Source of the DNA: Somniosus microcephalus
Lineage: Eukaryota
Direction: 5' to 3'
Length of the DNA stretch: 64,000 nt
Assembly (NCBI GenBank): GCA_052327205.1
Contig: CM126205.1
Location: 319,424,001-319,488,000 of the forward strand
Shown here in pieces: positions 51,466 to 61,660 of the stretch. Every line of letters starts with the position of its first letter. Position 1 is the first letter of the stretch. A model generated the notes under the pieces. The model searched no databases and was not told where the DNA came from. It saw nothing but the letters and a program-made list of their open reading frames with translations. The position numbers were made by a program, and so were the translations under genes.

Positions 51466-51965
51466 ATAGAGTCATAGAGTTATACAGCACAGAAAGAGGC
51501 CCTTCGGCCCATCGTGTCCACGCCGGCCATCAAGCCCTGTCTATTCAAATCCCATTTTCCAGCACTTGGTCCGTAGCCTTGTATGCTATGGCATTTCAAG
51601 TGCTCATCTAAATGTTTCTTGAATGTTGTGAGGGTTCCTGCCTCTACCACCCTTTCAGGCAGTGAGTTCCAGATTCCAACCACCCTCTGGGTGAAAAAGT
51701 TATTCCTCAAATCCCCTCTAAACCTCCTGCCCCTTACCTTGAAATTATGCCCCCTGGTTATTGACCCCTCTACTAAGGGGAAAAGTTTCTTTCTATCTAC
51801 CCTATCTATGCCCCTCATAATTTTGTACACCTCAGTCAGGTCCCCCCTCAGCCTTCTCTGCTCTAAGGAAAACAACCCCAGCCTGTCCAGTCTCTCTTCA
51901 TAGCTGAAGCGCTCCAGCCCAGGTAACATCCTGGTGAACCTCCTCTGCACCCTCTCCAATGCAAT
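51466..51965 (-). mobile_element. CR1 3' fragment
   Basis: ORF 51480..51959 is a CR1 ORF2 C-terminus. Confidence 0.88.
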
Positions 51966-52461
51966 CTCCCAGCTTGGTCTGCAGGGAGCCGAACTCCTCC
52001 GAGGCCTGTCGAGAACAAGGGCTCGGCCATTTAAAAGCTCGTGCTGTCTTTTTTTTTAGCGTTTAACTACAATAGCATTTGTGAATTACTCTGGTGGCGG
52101 CAAGTAGCGACAAATTGAATAAATGACTGGCTTTTAGTTGAGATCTGTTGATAATTGGAATGCCTGTTGCAGGTTTTGGCCCTCGTTCAGTAGCTGCATT
52201 ATTGGCATAAATATGAATTGAAGTAACAGATGAAAGGATCTATCTTTCATTGCGGCGAATATTACTCCGATATCAGCTTGAGTTATTAAATGCCACAGCA
52301 AGGCCCCTCTCTGGTACTGCTGACAGGTGAACTCAACAAAGGGCCTCACATGAGACTAAGTGAAGGGCCGGGACATTCAGGGTGTCTGCACTTTGTGTAG
52401 TAGACTGCCATCTCATGGCGGAATATGAACAGCGCACTTATTTCGTGACACAAGGAGAATG

Positions 52462-52895
52462 TAAGAACATAAGATATAGGAGCAGGAGTAGGCCATTCGG
52501 CCCCTCGAGCCTGCCCCACCATTCAATGAGATCATGGCTGACCTTCTACCTCATCTCCACCTTCCCGCACTATCCCCATATCCCTTGATTCCCTTAGTAT
52601 CCAAAAAATCTATCGATCTCTGTCTTGAATATACTCAAGGACTGAGCCTCCACAGCTCTCTGGGGCAGAGAATTCCAAAGATTCACTACCCTCTGAGTGA
52701 AGAAATTTCAGCTCATCTCAGTCCTAAATGGCCGACCCCTTATTCTGAGACTGTGACCCCTGGTTCTAGACTCCCCAGCCAGGGGAAACATCCTCCCAGC
52801 ATCTACCCTGTCGAGCCCTGTAAGAATTTTATATCTTTCAATGAGATCACCTCTCATTCTTCTAAACTCTAGAGAATATAGGCCTCGTCTACTCA
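52462..52895 (-). mobile_element. CR1 3' fragment
   Basis: Minus-strand GLYSLEFRRMRGDLIERYKIL. Confidence 0.85.
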
Positions 52896-53646
52896 ATGGT
52901 AACTGGGCTAATTCAGGGAACAAAAGAAAGAATTAGCATTTCTATAGCGTCTTTCATGCCATCCCAAAGCGTTTTACAGCCAATGAAGTACTTTGTGAAG
53001 CGTAGTCACTGTTGTAATGTGGGAAACGCAGCAGTTAATTTGCAAACAGCAAGCTCCCACAAACAGAAATGTGATAATGACCCGATAATCTGTTTTCTTT
53101 TAGTGACATGATTGAGGGATAAGTGTTATCCAGGACACCGGGGATAACTCCCCTGCTCTTCTTCGAAATAGTGCCATGAGATCTTTTACGTCCACCTGAA
53201 AGACGGCACCTCCGACAGTGCAGCACTCCCTCAGCACTGCACTGGGAGTGTCAGCCGAGATTATGTGCTCATGTCTCTGGTGTGGCGATGTTAAAAGAGT
53301 AAAAGAGCGCGCGTTCTGAAAACACACTCCCGCTAATTTGGAGAATCATGGAGAGCGTGCCTGTGATTGCCGGATACATGCTCCCATCAGACAGGAAAAT
53401 CGACCATGAAAGGGCCCACAGCGCTATTCAGGGAGGAGGAGGGAGCTCTCCTGATGTCCTGGTCAATGTCCCTCCAGCCAAAACCATCAAAAAAAATTGG
53501 CCATTCATCTCATTGCTGCTTGTGAGGCCAGCTACACACAAAAGGGCTGCCATGGTGGAGTAGGAACATCGGCACATGGGAACATAGGAACAGCAGACCC
53601 TCAAGCCTGCTCCGCCGTTCAATTAGATTTGGCTGACCTGTATCTT

Positions 53647-53683
53647 AGTTCTGATGAAGGGTCGTCGGCCTGAAACGTTAACT
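53647..53683 (+). ncRNA. Minimal type I hammerhead ribozyme in a Penelope pLTR (pLTR ~53645-53781)
   Basis: AGTT-CTGATGA-AGG(GTCGTCGG)CCT-GAAA-C-GTT-AACT: catalytic core, stem II and stem I all present. Confidence 0.7.
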
Positions 53684-53863
53684 CTGTTTTTCTCTCTCCG
53701 CAGATGCTGCCTGACCTGCTGAGGATTTCCAGCATTTTCTGTTTTTATTTCAGATTTCCAGCGGCCGCAGTATTTTGCTTTGGTCTTATTTCTATAGTCT
53801 TATAATTCTATTTACCTGCTTTGGTTCTGTAACCCTTAATACCCTTACCCAACAAATATCTAT

Positions 53864-54092
53864 TGACGTAATAAAGACTCACTACGCACTTGGTTGAACA
53901 TAAAGCAAGGCTTTAATCGACTTGTAACAAAACATGGAGGTCTAGTTAGTAGTCACTAGCTTCCCGTTTCCAGATTGTCTCTGGCCAAGTTGGGCCCACG
54001 CCCGAGTATTTATACTCCTCAGATGGCGCCCTCAGCTGGCCGTCCAGTAGTACTTCCTGAGTTACTTCTTGTAGAAGTTGCGATTTATGACA
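53864..54092 (-). mobile_element. Solo LTR
   Basis: TG...CA ends, TSD TCTAT; same family as 2414 and 44305. Confidence 0.85.
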
Positions 54093-54595
54093 TCTATAAA
54101 TCTCAGTTTTGAAACCTTCAATTGACCCTCAGCCTCAAGAGCTTTTTGGGGGAGAGAGTTCCAGATTTCCACTCCCCCTTGTGTGAAGAAGTGCTTCCTG
54201 ACATCACCCCTGAACAGCCTGGCTCTAATTTTAAGGTTATGTCCTCTTGCACATAGCATTAGTCACTGCACGTCAAACACACAGTTCATTACATGAAGCA
54301 ATGTTTGCGTTTTAACAATATTTTAAGGTAGTATATAAATGAAATATTTATTTTGTAAACAAGAACCTAAAACACTCACTCGCTGCGAGACCTTGCCAGT
54401 TGAAGAAGGTGGCGATAGAGAGAGATTTGGGCATTCTCGTGCATACATCTTGAAAGGTACATGAGCAATGTCGTGAAGCGATAGCTTGAGCGAATAGTGT
54501 GATGGGGTGTATCCATAGGACAATTGAGTATAAGATGAGGCCTACTATTTTGTCCTTGCACAAGACCTTGGTCAGGCCACACTTGGAATACTGTT

Positions 54596-55173
54596 GCCCA
54601 CTCACTTAACCTGTCTATATCCCCTTGAAGCCTCCTTGCATCCTCCTCACAACTTACTTTCCCACCTAGCTTTGTATCATCAGCAAACTTGGATATATTA
54701 CATTTGGTCCCCTCATCCAAATCATTGATGAATAGCTGAGGCCCAAGCACTGATCCTTGCAGTACCCCCACTGCCAGCCCAAAAATGACCCGTTTGTTCC
54801 TAATCTCTGTTTTCTGTCCGTTAACCAATCCTCAGTCCATGCTAATATATTACCCCAATCCCATGAGCCCTAATTTTGTTTAATAACCTCTTGTGTGGCA
54901 CCTTATCGAATGCCTTCTGAAAATCAAAATACACCACATCCACTGGTTCCCCCTTATCTATTCTGCTAGTTACAACCTCCAAAACCGCTAACAGATTCGT
55001 CAAACACGATTTCCCTTTCATAAATCCGTGTTGACTCTGCCCAATCCTATTATTATTTTCTAAGGGCCCTGTTACCACATCCTTAATAATAGATTCTAGC
55101 ATTTTCCCTTCTATTGATGTCTGGCTAACTGGTCTGTAGTTCTCCATTTTCTCTCTCCCTCCTTTCTTAAATA
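54596..55173 (-). mobile_element. CR1 RT-domain fragment
   Basis: NYRPVS, SQHGFMKGKSCLTNL, DFQKAFDKVPH, GVLQGSVLGP, KFADDTKLGG. Confidence 0.9.
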
Positions 55174-56847
55174 CAGGAAACTCTCGTTTAAACGGCACCT
55201 AAATATCTGGAATTCTCTATTAACCGGCAAAATTCATACTCCGAAAACAACACCTTAATAACCGGAAATGTTGCCGAGCCCGAGTCCGAGTCTCCCGCGG
55301 TGGCCGAGTTACCCAGCAGCGCCTATATTTCCTAAGGAGGCTGAAGGGATGTAATCTGTCACCCCTGATCCTCTCTAACTTTTACCGCTGCACTATAGAG
55401 AGCATCCTGACAAACTGTATCACAGTATGGTATGGCAGCTGTAGCTACTATGACCGGAAAGCCCTGCAGCGGGTAGTCAAAACTGCCCAACGCATTACCG
55501 GCACCCGGCTACCGACCATAGAGCACATATACTGTAGTGTATGTACCCGTCTACCTTTAAGGGAACTATTGAATGTAACCGTTCACCTTTAAGGGAACTA
55601 CTTTAGGTGTGGCACTATTTGTTTGGCTTCTGTATACTGTAATACCGATAGTGACCACACCAGTATATAAGTGTTGTAGCAGGATTTCTGGGGCAGATTC
55701 GCCCGGACCTTCGAATAGTAAAGACCTGTTTGTTTGTTACTCCTGAAGTCTGTGTATTTATTAACTGCACAACCCACAGACTTTACAGTGGCGACGAGTC
55801 CGATCGTACCCTGCGGCAAGATTACCATAAGCAACGAAGAGCGTCGAAGAGAGACAACCGCCCTCGTCGTGCTACCAAAAGAAAACACGAGGCTGCAACA
55901 ACAGAAAGCAGGAAGACTAACAACAAAAGCTGTATCAGCAACAGGCACTGACTACCCTTCTGCCACGGTGCGGAGTGAGCCGACCAGCAAGAAACAAGGC
56001 GGCCGAAGAGACTGTGAGTAGGGGAAGGTGTAGAAGCATTCGGAGGATAAGGGCAGAGCACTCGACCTCGGTCGAGGGGGAGCTGTGCCGGCCAAAAGTC
56101 GGGTCCAACGGCGTCGGGTGACAGCCGGACCGCGATCGGCGGGACAATCGGGGCAGCGACCGCAGCCACGAAGCGCTGAGCCTGCGAGTAGGCGCGGGAA
56201 GAGAAACCCAGCCGCAGCCGGGGAGGGAAACACCGGTCTGCGAGAGGGCTGGGGAGGCGAACGGGAACCGTGCGGGTGAGAGACACAGCCGAAAACGGGG
56301 TGAGAGACTGCGCGAGAGCCAGTCCAGCGGTGAGCTGTTCTCCGCCAATGGGGTACCCAGGGCCGGTAGCATCGAACGTGCGGGTGAGAGAGACAGAGCC
56401 GGGTACGGAGAGAGAGACTGCGCGAGAGCCAGTCCAGCGGCTGAACTGTCCTCCGCTAACGGGGTGTACCCAGCGCCGGTAGAGCCGTGCGGGCGGGAGG
56501 AAAAGACATAGCCGAGTAAGGGGAGCTGTGCGGTAGCCAGCCAGCGGCTGAACCTGTCCGCTGAGGGGGAAGCGTACCCCTTCCACCGGGAAGAAACGCG
56601 GGAAGCCGCCATTAGGCGGAGAAGACGCCAGAAGCGGGAAACCGCCATTGAAGTGCGCGGGGCGAGAAAGGAAGAGCGGGAAACCGCCATTTTCGCGGGA
56701 AAGCCGCCATCTTGATTGACATACCGCCATTGAAGTGGGCGGGGAGTGAAGGAAAGAGCGAGAAACCGCCGATTTCGCGGGAAAACCGCCATCTTAGAAA
56801 CAAATAAATAAATAAGAAATACTGGTGCTGCTCCCAAGGGAAGAAAG

Positions 56848-57915
56848 ATGCCTAAGCGAGGGAATATTAACGACTTTAATTCTGAAATAGAAGACTGGGC
56901 CACGTACGTGGAACACATAGAGATCTATTGCGAAGCCAACAAAATAGAGGAAGACGACAAGGCGATAACATTGCTAAACTCGATGGGGGCAAAAACATAC
57001 GGGCTCTTGAAGCATCTAATAGCACCAAATAAACCAGCGGATCAGACCTTTGAAGAGATTGTGGCTGTGCTGAAGGACCACTTGAACCCCACACCGCTGA
57101 TGCTGGCTGAGCAATTCAAATTCTACGCAAGAACACAGAAGAAAGACGAAAGCAATGCGGAATACTTGGTCGAACTGCGTAGGCTAGCGAAATACTGCCA
57201 GTTCGGAGGGAATCTGACAGAAGCGCTGCGGGACAAGTTCGTATGCGGATTGTCCAAAGAAGGGATGCAGAAGCGACTACTGGAAGAGAATGACCTCACA
57301 CTGGACAGGGCTGTCCTTATAGCTGCATCGCACGAAGCCGCAGCGAAAGGAACGGCGGAAATGCAACTAAAGGCGGCGGCACTCGGGGTGGACCAAATTA
57401 CTTCAAGCACAACAAAATGCTACCGTTGTGGGAAGACAACGCATGACCAGAATCAATGCTGGTTTAAGAACCAAGAGTGTAGGAAATGTGGCAAACTGGG
57501 TCACATCGCGAAGGTATGCTGGTCCGGGAAAAAGATCAATAATCAAAGGAAGCCACCACCAGAAAAGTACAACAAGGTACACAAGGTGGCTGAGAAGAGT
57601 TCAGACGAACAGAATTCAGACTCAGACCCAAACAATCAGGAGCTGGGTAGTCTGAGAATCCACAATGTGGGTAAAGAAACGGATCTACAGGCCATCTGGG
57701 TCATACTAAAAATAGCTGGAGTCCAAATAAGAATGGAGCTGGATACTGGATCAGCTCTATCAGTCATCAACCGAAGGGACTACCACCGGCTATTCTCTCA
57801 CATACCTTTAAGAAATACCAAGTTCGTATTACAGACATACACGGGGCATAACGTATACCCCGTGGGGAAAATAAGAGTCAAGGTGAGAGATGGGGTAAAG
57901 AACACCCAAGAATGA
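56848..57915 (+). CDS. gag: Gag plus N-terminal protease of element 3 (frameshifted near 57892-57895)
   Basis: Highly similar to element 1 Gag; two CCHC knuckles; LDTGS. Confidence 0.92.
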   Translation: [355 protein letters not shown]

Positions 57916-59684
57916 GCTTGTACGTATTACCTGAGGGAGGACCACCACTTCTAGGATGGGAGTGGATTAAGAAAATAGACATGGAATGGCATTACCTAAA
58001 AGCCATAATGAGGGAGGACTCGGTGCAAGCTATTAGCTCAGATTCTGAAATGGATGATGATAAGACCAAGTCGAAAATGAAGACAGGCAGAAGGACTTAT
58101 GGTACCAAGAAGAATAAAGCTGCAGAGCAGAACTCCAGGTTGACAGAGAATTCTGAGCCTGTTCAAGCAAAGGATTCATCCATGACGGAAGAACACCGAG
58201 CTCGGACGCAAACTTATGTCAAAGTACGACAACAATTAGAACAGTTGAGTGATCGTCTCGTACAGGAGATGAAAAATATGGAAAAGTTCTGGGACACCGA
58301 ATGGGGAAACCTGGAAAGACTACAGAGACAGCTAGCTCAAGCAGAGAGCGACCATAGAGCCATCATGGTCAAATACCAATCACATTCCCCTGATGCTGTT
58401 CAGGAACTAGAATATTTACAGAATGAACCAAAGGAAGAGGAATCTTCAGGGAGCCAGGATTTTATTCCAGTTCTTCTTTACGACTCCTTACAAGCAGAGT
58501 GTGAGAAGTTGAAAGAACAGTATGAACAGGCCCAGGCTACAATTCAGAAGGGGGTTAACTCGGCAGCCTCCGAAAAGCTAGTTTCAGTAGAAGCATATGA
58601 ACAACTAAAGGTTGAACATGAGCAAGAAGTCCAAAGGCTGCAGGAAATTCTTGATGAGCTCAAGGCCAAGACAGACTCATCGATAGAAGCTCCATCCATA
58701 GATGAGCAATTAGAGGTGAAAATCATGGCAGAGCATGAAAGACAGGATGTCCAAGAACTTATAAAAATATTGAAGGACACCCAAGACAAATATGAGGCGG
58801 CAATGTCTGAGGTTCAACAACTTGAAGAACAAATTCAACTGGGAATCCTTGCAGTGGAAGAACAGGACACTGTAAGAATGGTCCCTGAACATGAACTAGA
58901 GAGCATCAGGGCGCAACTTTTCCGAGCGCTGAAAGCCAAAGTTCAAGAGGAACGTAAGGTGGAAGTATTGGAGAAAGAGGTGGATGAAATGGAGAAGACT
59001 CTGATCCACCGTGTTCCCAGGGAAGAGTTAACGGTCGGCCAACTCCTTCATATGCTGAAGGACAAGACTCTACAAGGGGAACAATCTGAACACGAGCTCC
59101 AATCTTCAGGGGGAACGAGTTCGGAGCTCTCAAAAGTCACGGAGATAGCTGAGGTGGCAACACAAATTTTACAAGGATGCCAAAAGTACGTTGAATCACG
59201 TCAAGGTGAACAGAAGAAGGTGGAAACCGTTACTTCAGTAGAAGGGTTAAATAGCCTGATAACGCAATTACCGGTGGAAAGGAAGGTATTGAACTCACAA
59301 ATGAGTTCCGTCGTGAAGGAATGGCGGATAACTCAGGAAGAGCGGGATGAATATGAATGCATGAAGAAGGCTTTTCAAGAAAGATGTTTAGGGAAGGAAC
59401 CACCGTCAGCTAACGTCCAGACGGGTGAGGAGGAAGAAGAAGTCTCTCTCGCTGGCCTAACTCAGGACGAACCTGAATATTACCATGGCCTGTTGAGTGA
59501 CACTGAATATTATGAGGATGTGGTCTGCCCAGCTTGTGATGAAAACTCTCAAAGTGCTGAAATCCGGATGAAGCACTTAAGGTCTAAGGAACATAGAGAG
59601 TTGGTGGCGCTACAGCTGGCAGCCGAGAAAGGAGCTCCGAGAGTTTCAAAAAGGCAGAAAAGAAAAAGAAGAAGCAGAAGATAA
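57912..59684 (+). CDS. Protease C-terminus fused to coiled-coil cargo (ANKRD24-like segments, DNAJC21-like C2H2 finger, basic tail)
   Basis: 590 open codons; the first ~32 aa match the element 1 protease end; then E/Q/K-rich heptads, CPAC-x12-H-x5-H and [11 protein letters not shown]. Confidence 0.85.
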   Translation: [590 protein letters not shown]

Positions 59685-61660
59685 TAACTGTCTAAAATAT
59701 TAGCACTTCTACCATTCCAGGCGGGACATTACGAAAGGAGCTAAATTAGTTGAAAAACTGGTAAATGTCAAGACAGCCAGTTGGTTGTCAAAGTCCGCAC
59801 TGCTGGTTCAACAGGACGAAAGTTCAAGCTGCTACGTCAAGAAAAAGGCTATGGAGGAGTCACGCTAGCCAGGTGAACCGGCTACCCCAAAGAAATGTTG
59901 TTCGGAACGAGTCAAGATCAGAGACTGAGTCTATGAACTGTTTCCGCAGAGACGGAACCTGTGAACTGTTTCCACCGAGATTATATTTGTAAATTGGTTT
60001 ATATGACATTGACTCCACCGAGATTATAGCTGTAATTTGTTTTATAGGAAGTTGAAGATATGTATGTTTAACGGGGACTCTGTAAGTAATAAGCTAAAAA
60101 GGGAGGATTGTAGTGTATGTACCCGTCTACCTTTAAGGGAACTATTGAATGTAACCGTTCACCTTTAAGGGAACTACTTTAGGTGTGGCACTATTTGTTT
60201 GGCTTCTGTATACTGTAATACCGATAGTGACCACACCAGTATATAAGTGTTGTAGCAGGATTTCTGGGGCAGATTCGCCCGGACCTTCGAATAGTAAAGA
60301 CCTGTTTGTTTGTTACTCCTGAAGTCTGTGTATTTATTAACTGCACAACCCACAGACTTTACATATACCATAAACGCTGTCTACGGAGGTCACGGTCAAT
60401 CATCAAAGACCCTACCCACCCCAGCCACAGTCTGTTCGCCCTCCTGCCATCTGGGAGATGCTACAGATGCATTCGCACCCGTACGACCAGATTTAGGAAC
60501 AGCTTCTTTCCCAGGGCTGTCATCCTACTGAACTCCACAAATAAACTCTAAAGCCTGCACATCTGCCAATGCACTTTATTATGGTTATATTTATGTTAAT
60601 ATACTACAAGCCAAATGTATGTTGAATGTTTAAATGTCTTAATCTAAATGTACACTCTCGGGAGCTGCAAGCCTACATTTCATTGTACTGCACTTGTGCA
60701 CTAACAATGACAATAAAAGTTGATTTGATTTGATTTGGGGGTAGTTCTCCAAACTGCCACTACTCAGCTTATTGGCGCTGTCGGAAGTCCAAACACCTCA
60801 ATAACAGGAGTCTGACTCTCCCGCGCTGCCGGTAGTCTGTTCCGATCTGCCATTTTTCTGTTTACTGTATAAGTTTTGTTTTACTGTTAAGTAATTAAAA
60901 AGTTGTGGATTACCCTCAACTGGCAGTACTGTACTTAATCAAGCATCTTCCACCATCCATTTAACACAACATTCTGTAGGTGAGTACCCAATTACTGTAT
61001 ACTGCACATTTCTTGATTTTTTAATTTTTGTTTGTTAAAAATAGCCTCGGTAGATAGCCCTCTCCGTCATCCGGAATTTTTGATCAACCGGCACCATCCC
61101 GGTCCCGTCGGTGCTGGATACAAAAGAGCTTCCTGTAGTGGGGTTATATTTATATAAGTTGTGTAAGGCCAGATCTAGGTTAGATGTCAGGAGGTGGTTC
61201 TTTCCCCAGAGACTAGTGGACCTCTGGAACAGGCTGCTGTCTGGTGCGATGGATGCTGACTCGCTGAATTCATTCAAGCGAGAGCTGGACCTGTTTCTGG
61301 CTGGGGCGGAGATCACCTCTTACAGAAGGTCGGTACTCCAGGGAATTCAGGGCCAGCGTGATCTCCTGGAATAGTTTTGATCACCTAGATGGGTCACAAA
61401 GAAATTTCCCAGAATTTCTTCCCCAAATTAGCCTGGGTTTTTATCTAGTTTTTTAACTGTACTTAACCGTAGCACTCTCGCCTCTGTGTCAGATGTTTGT
61501 GGGATCAAGTCCCACTCCAGAGACTTGAGCCATCTTTCAGATCAGACTTTAAACTGAGGCCCTGTCTGCTCTCTCAGGTGGACGTATAAAGATCCCACCG
61601 CACTATTTTGAAGGAGAGCAAAGGAGTTCTCCCCGATGTCTGGGACAATATTTACCCCAC

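Larger units (their letters stand above)
55533..60363 (+). mobile_element. Non-autonomous Ty3/Gypsy element 3 with captured cargo in place of pol
   Basis: 255-bp LTRs at 55533-55787 and 60109-60363 (no differences seen), TSD TATAC, PBS TGGCGACGAG, PPT identical to element 1; no RT, RNaseH or integrase. Confidence 0.96.
55312..60737 (+). mobile_element. Rex1/Babar LINE 3' fragment, split by element 3
   Basis: QQRLYFLRRLK...FYRCTIESILTNCITVWYG...IEHIY continues HKRCLRRSRSIIKDPTHP...NSFFPRAV after the element; AATAAA and (GATTT)n tail. Confidence 0.88.
55174..61135. mobile_element. Tc1/mariner (pogo/Tigger-like) MITE, split by nested insertions
   Basis: Imperfect TIRs CAGGAAACTCTCGTTTAAACGGCACC / GGTGCTGGATACAAAAGAGCTTCCTG with TA on both sides. 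Confidence 0.7.

Noticed and set aside
55822-56918. Antisense ORFs of 302 and 327 aa in the element 3 leader (and 230 aa in element 1)
   Set aside because: GC-rich repetitive leader; no recognisable domain and no evident protein conservation between elements.
57912-59684. Cargo ORF as an env gene
   Set aside because: No signal peptide, furin-plus-fusion peptide or transmembrane segment; it is hydrophilic and lies upstream of the pol remnant.
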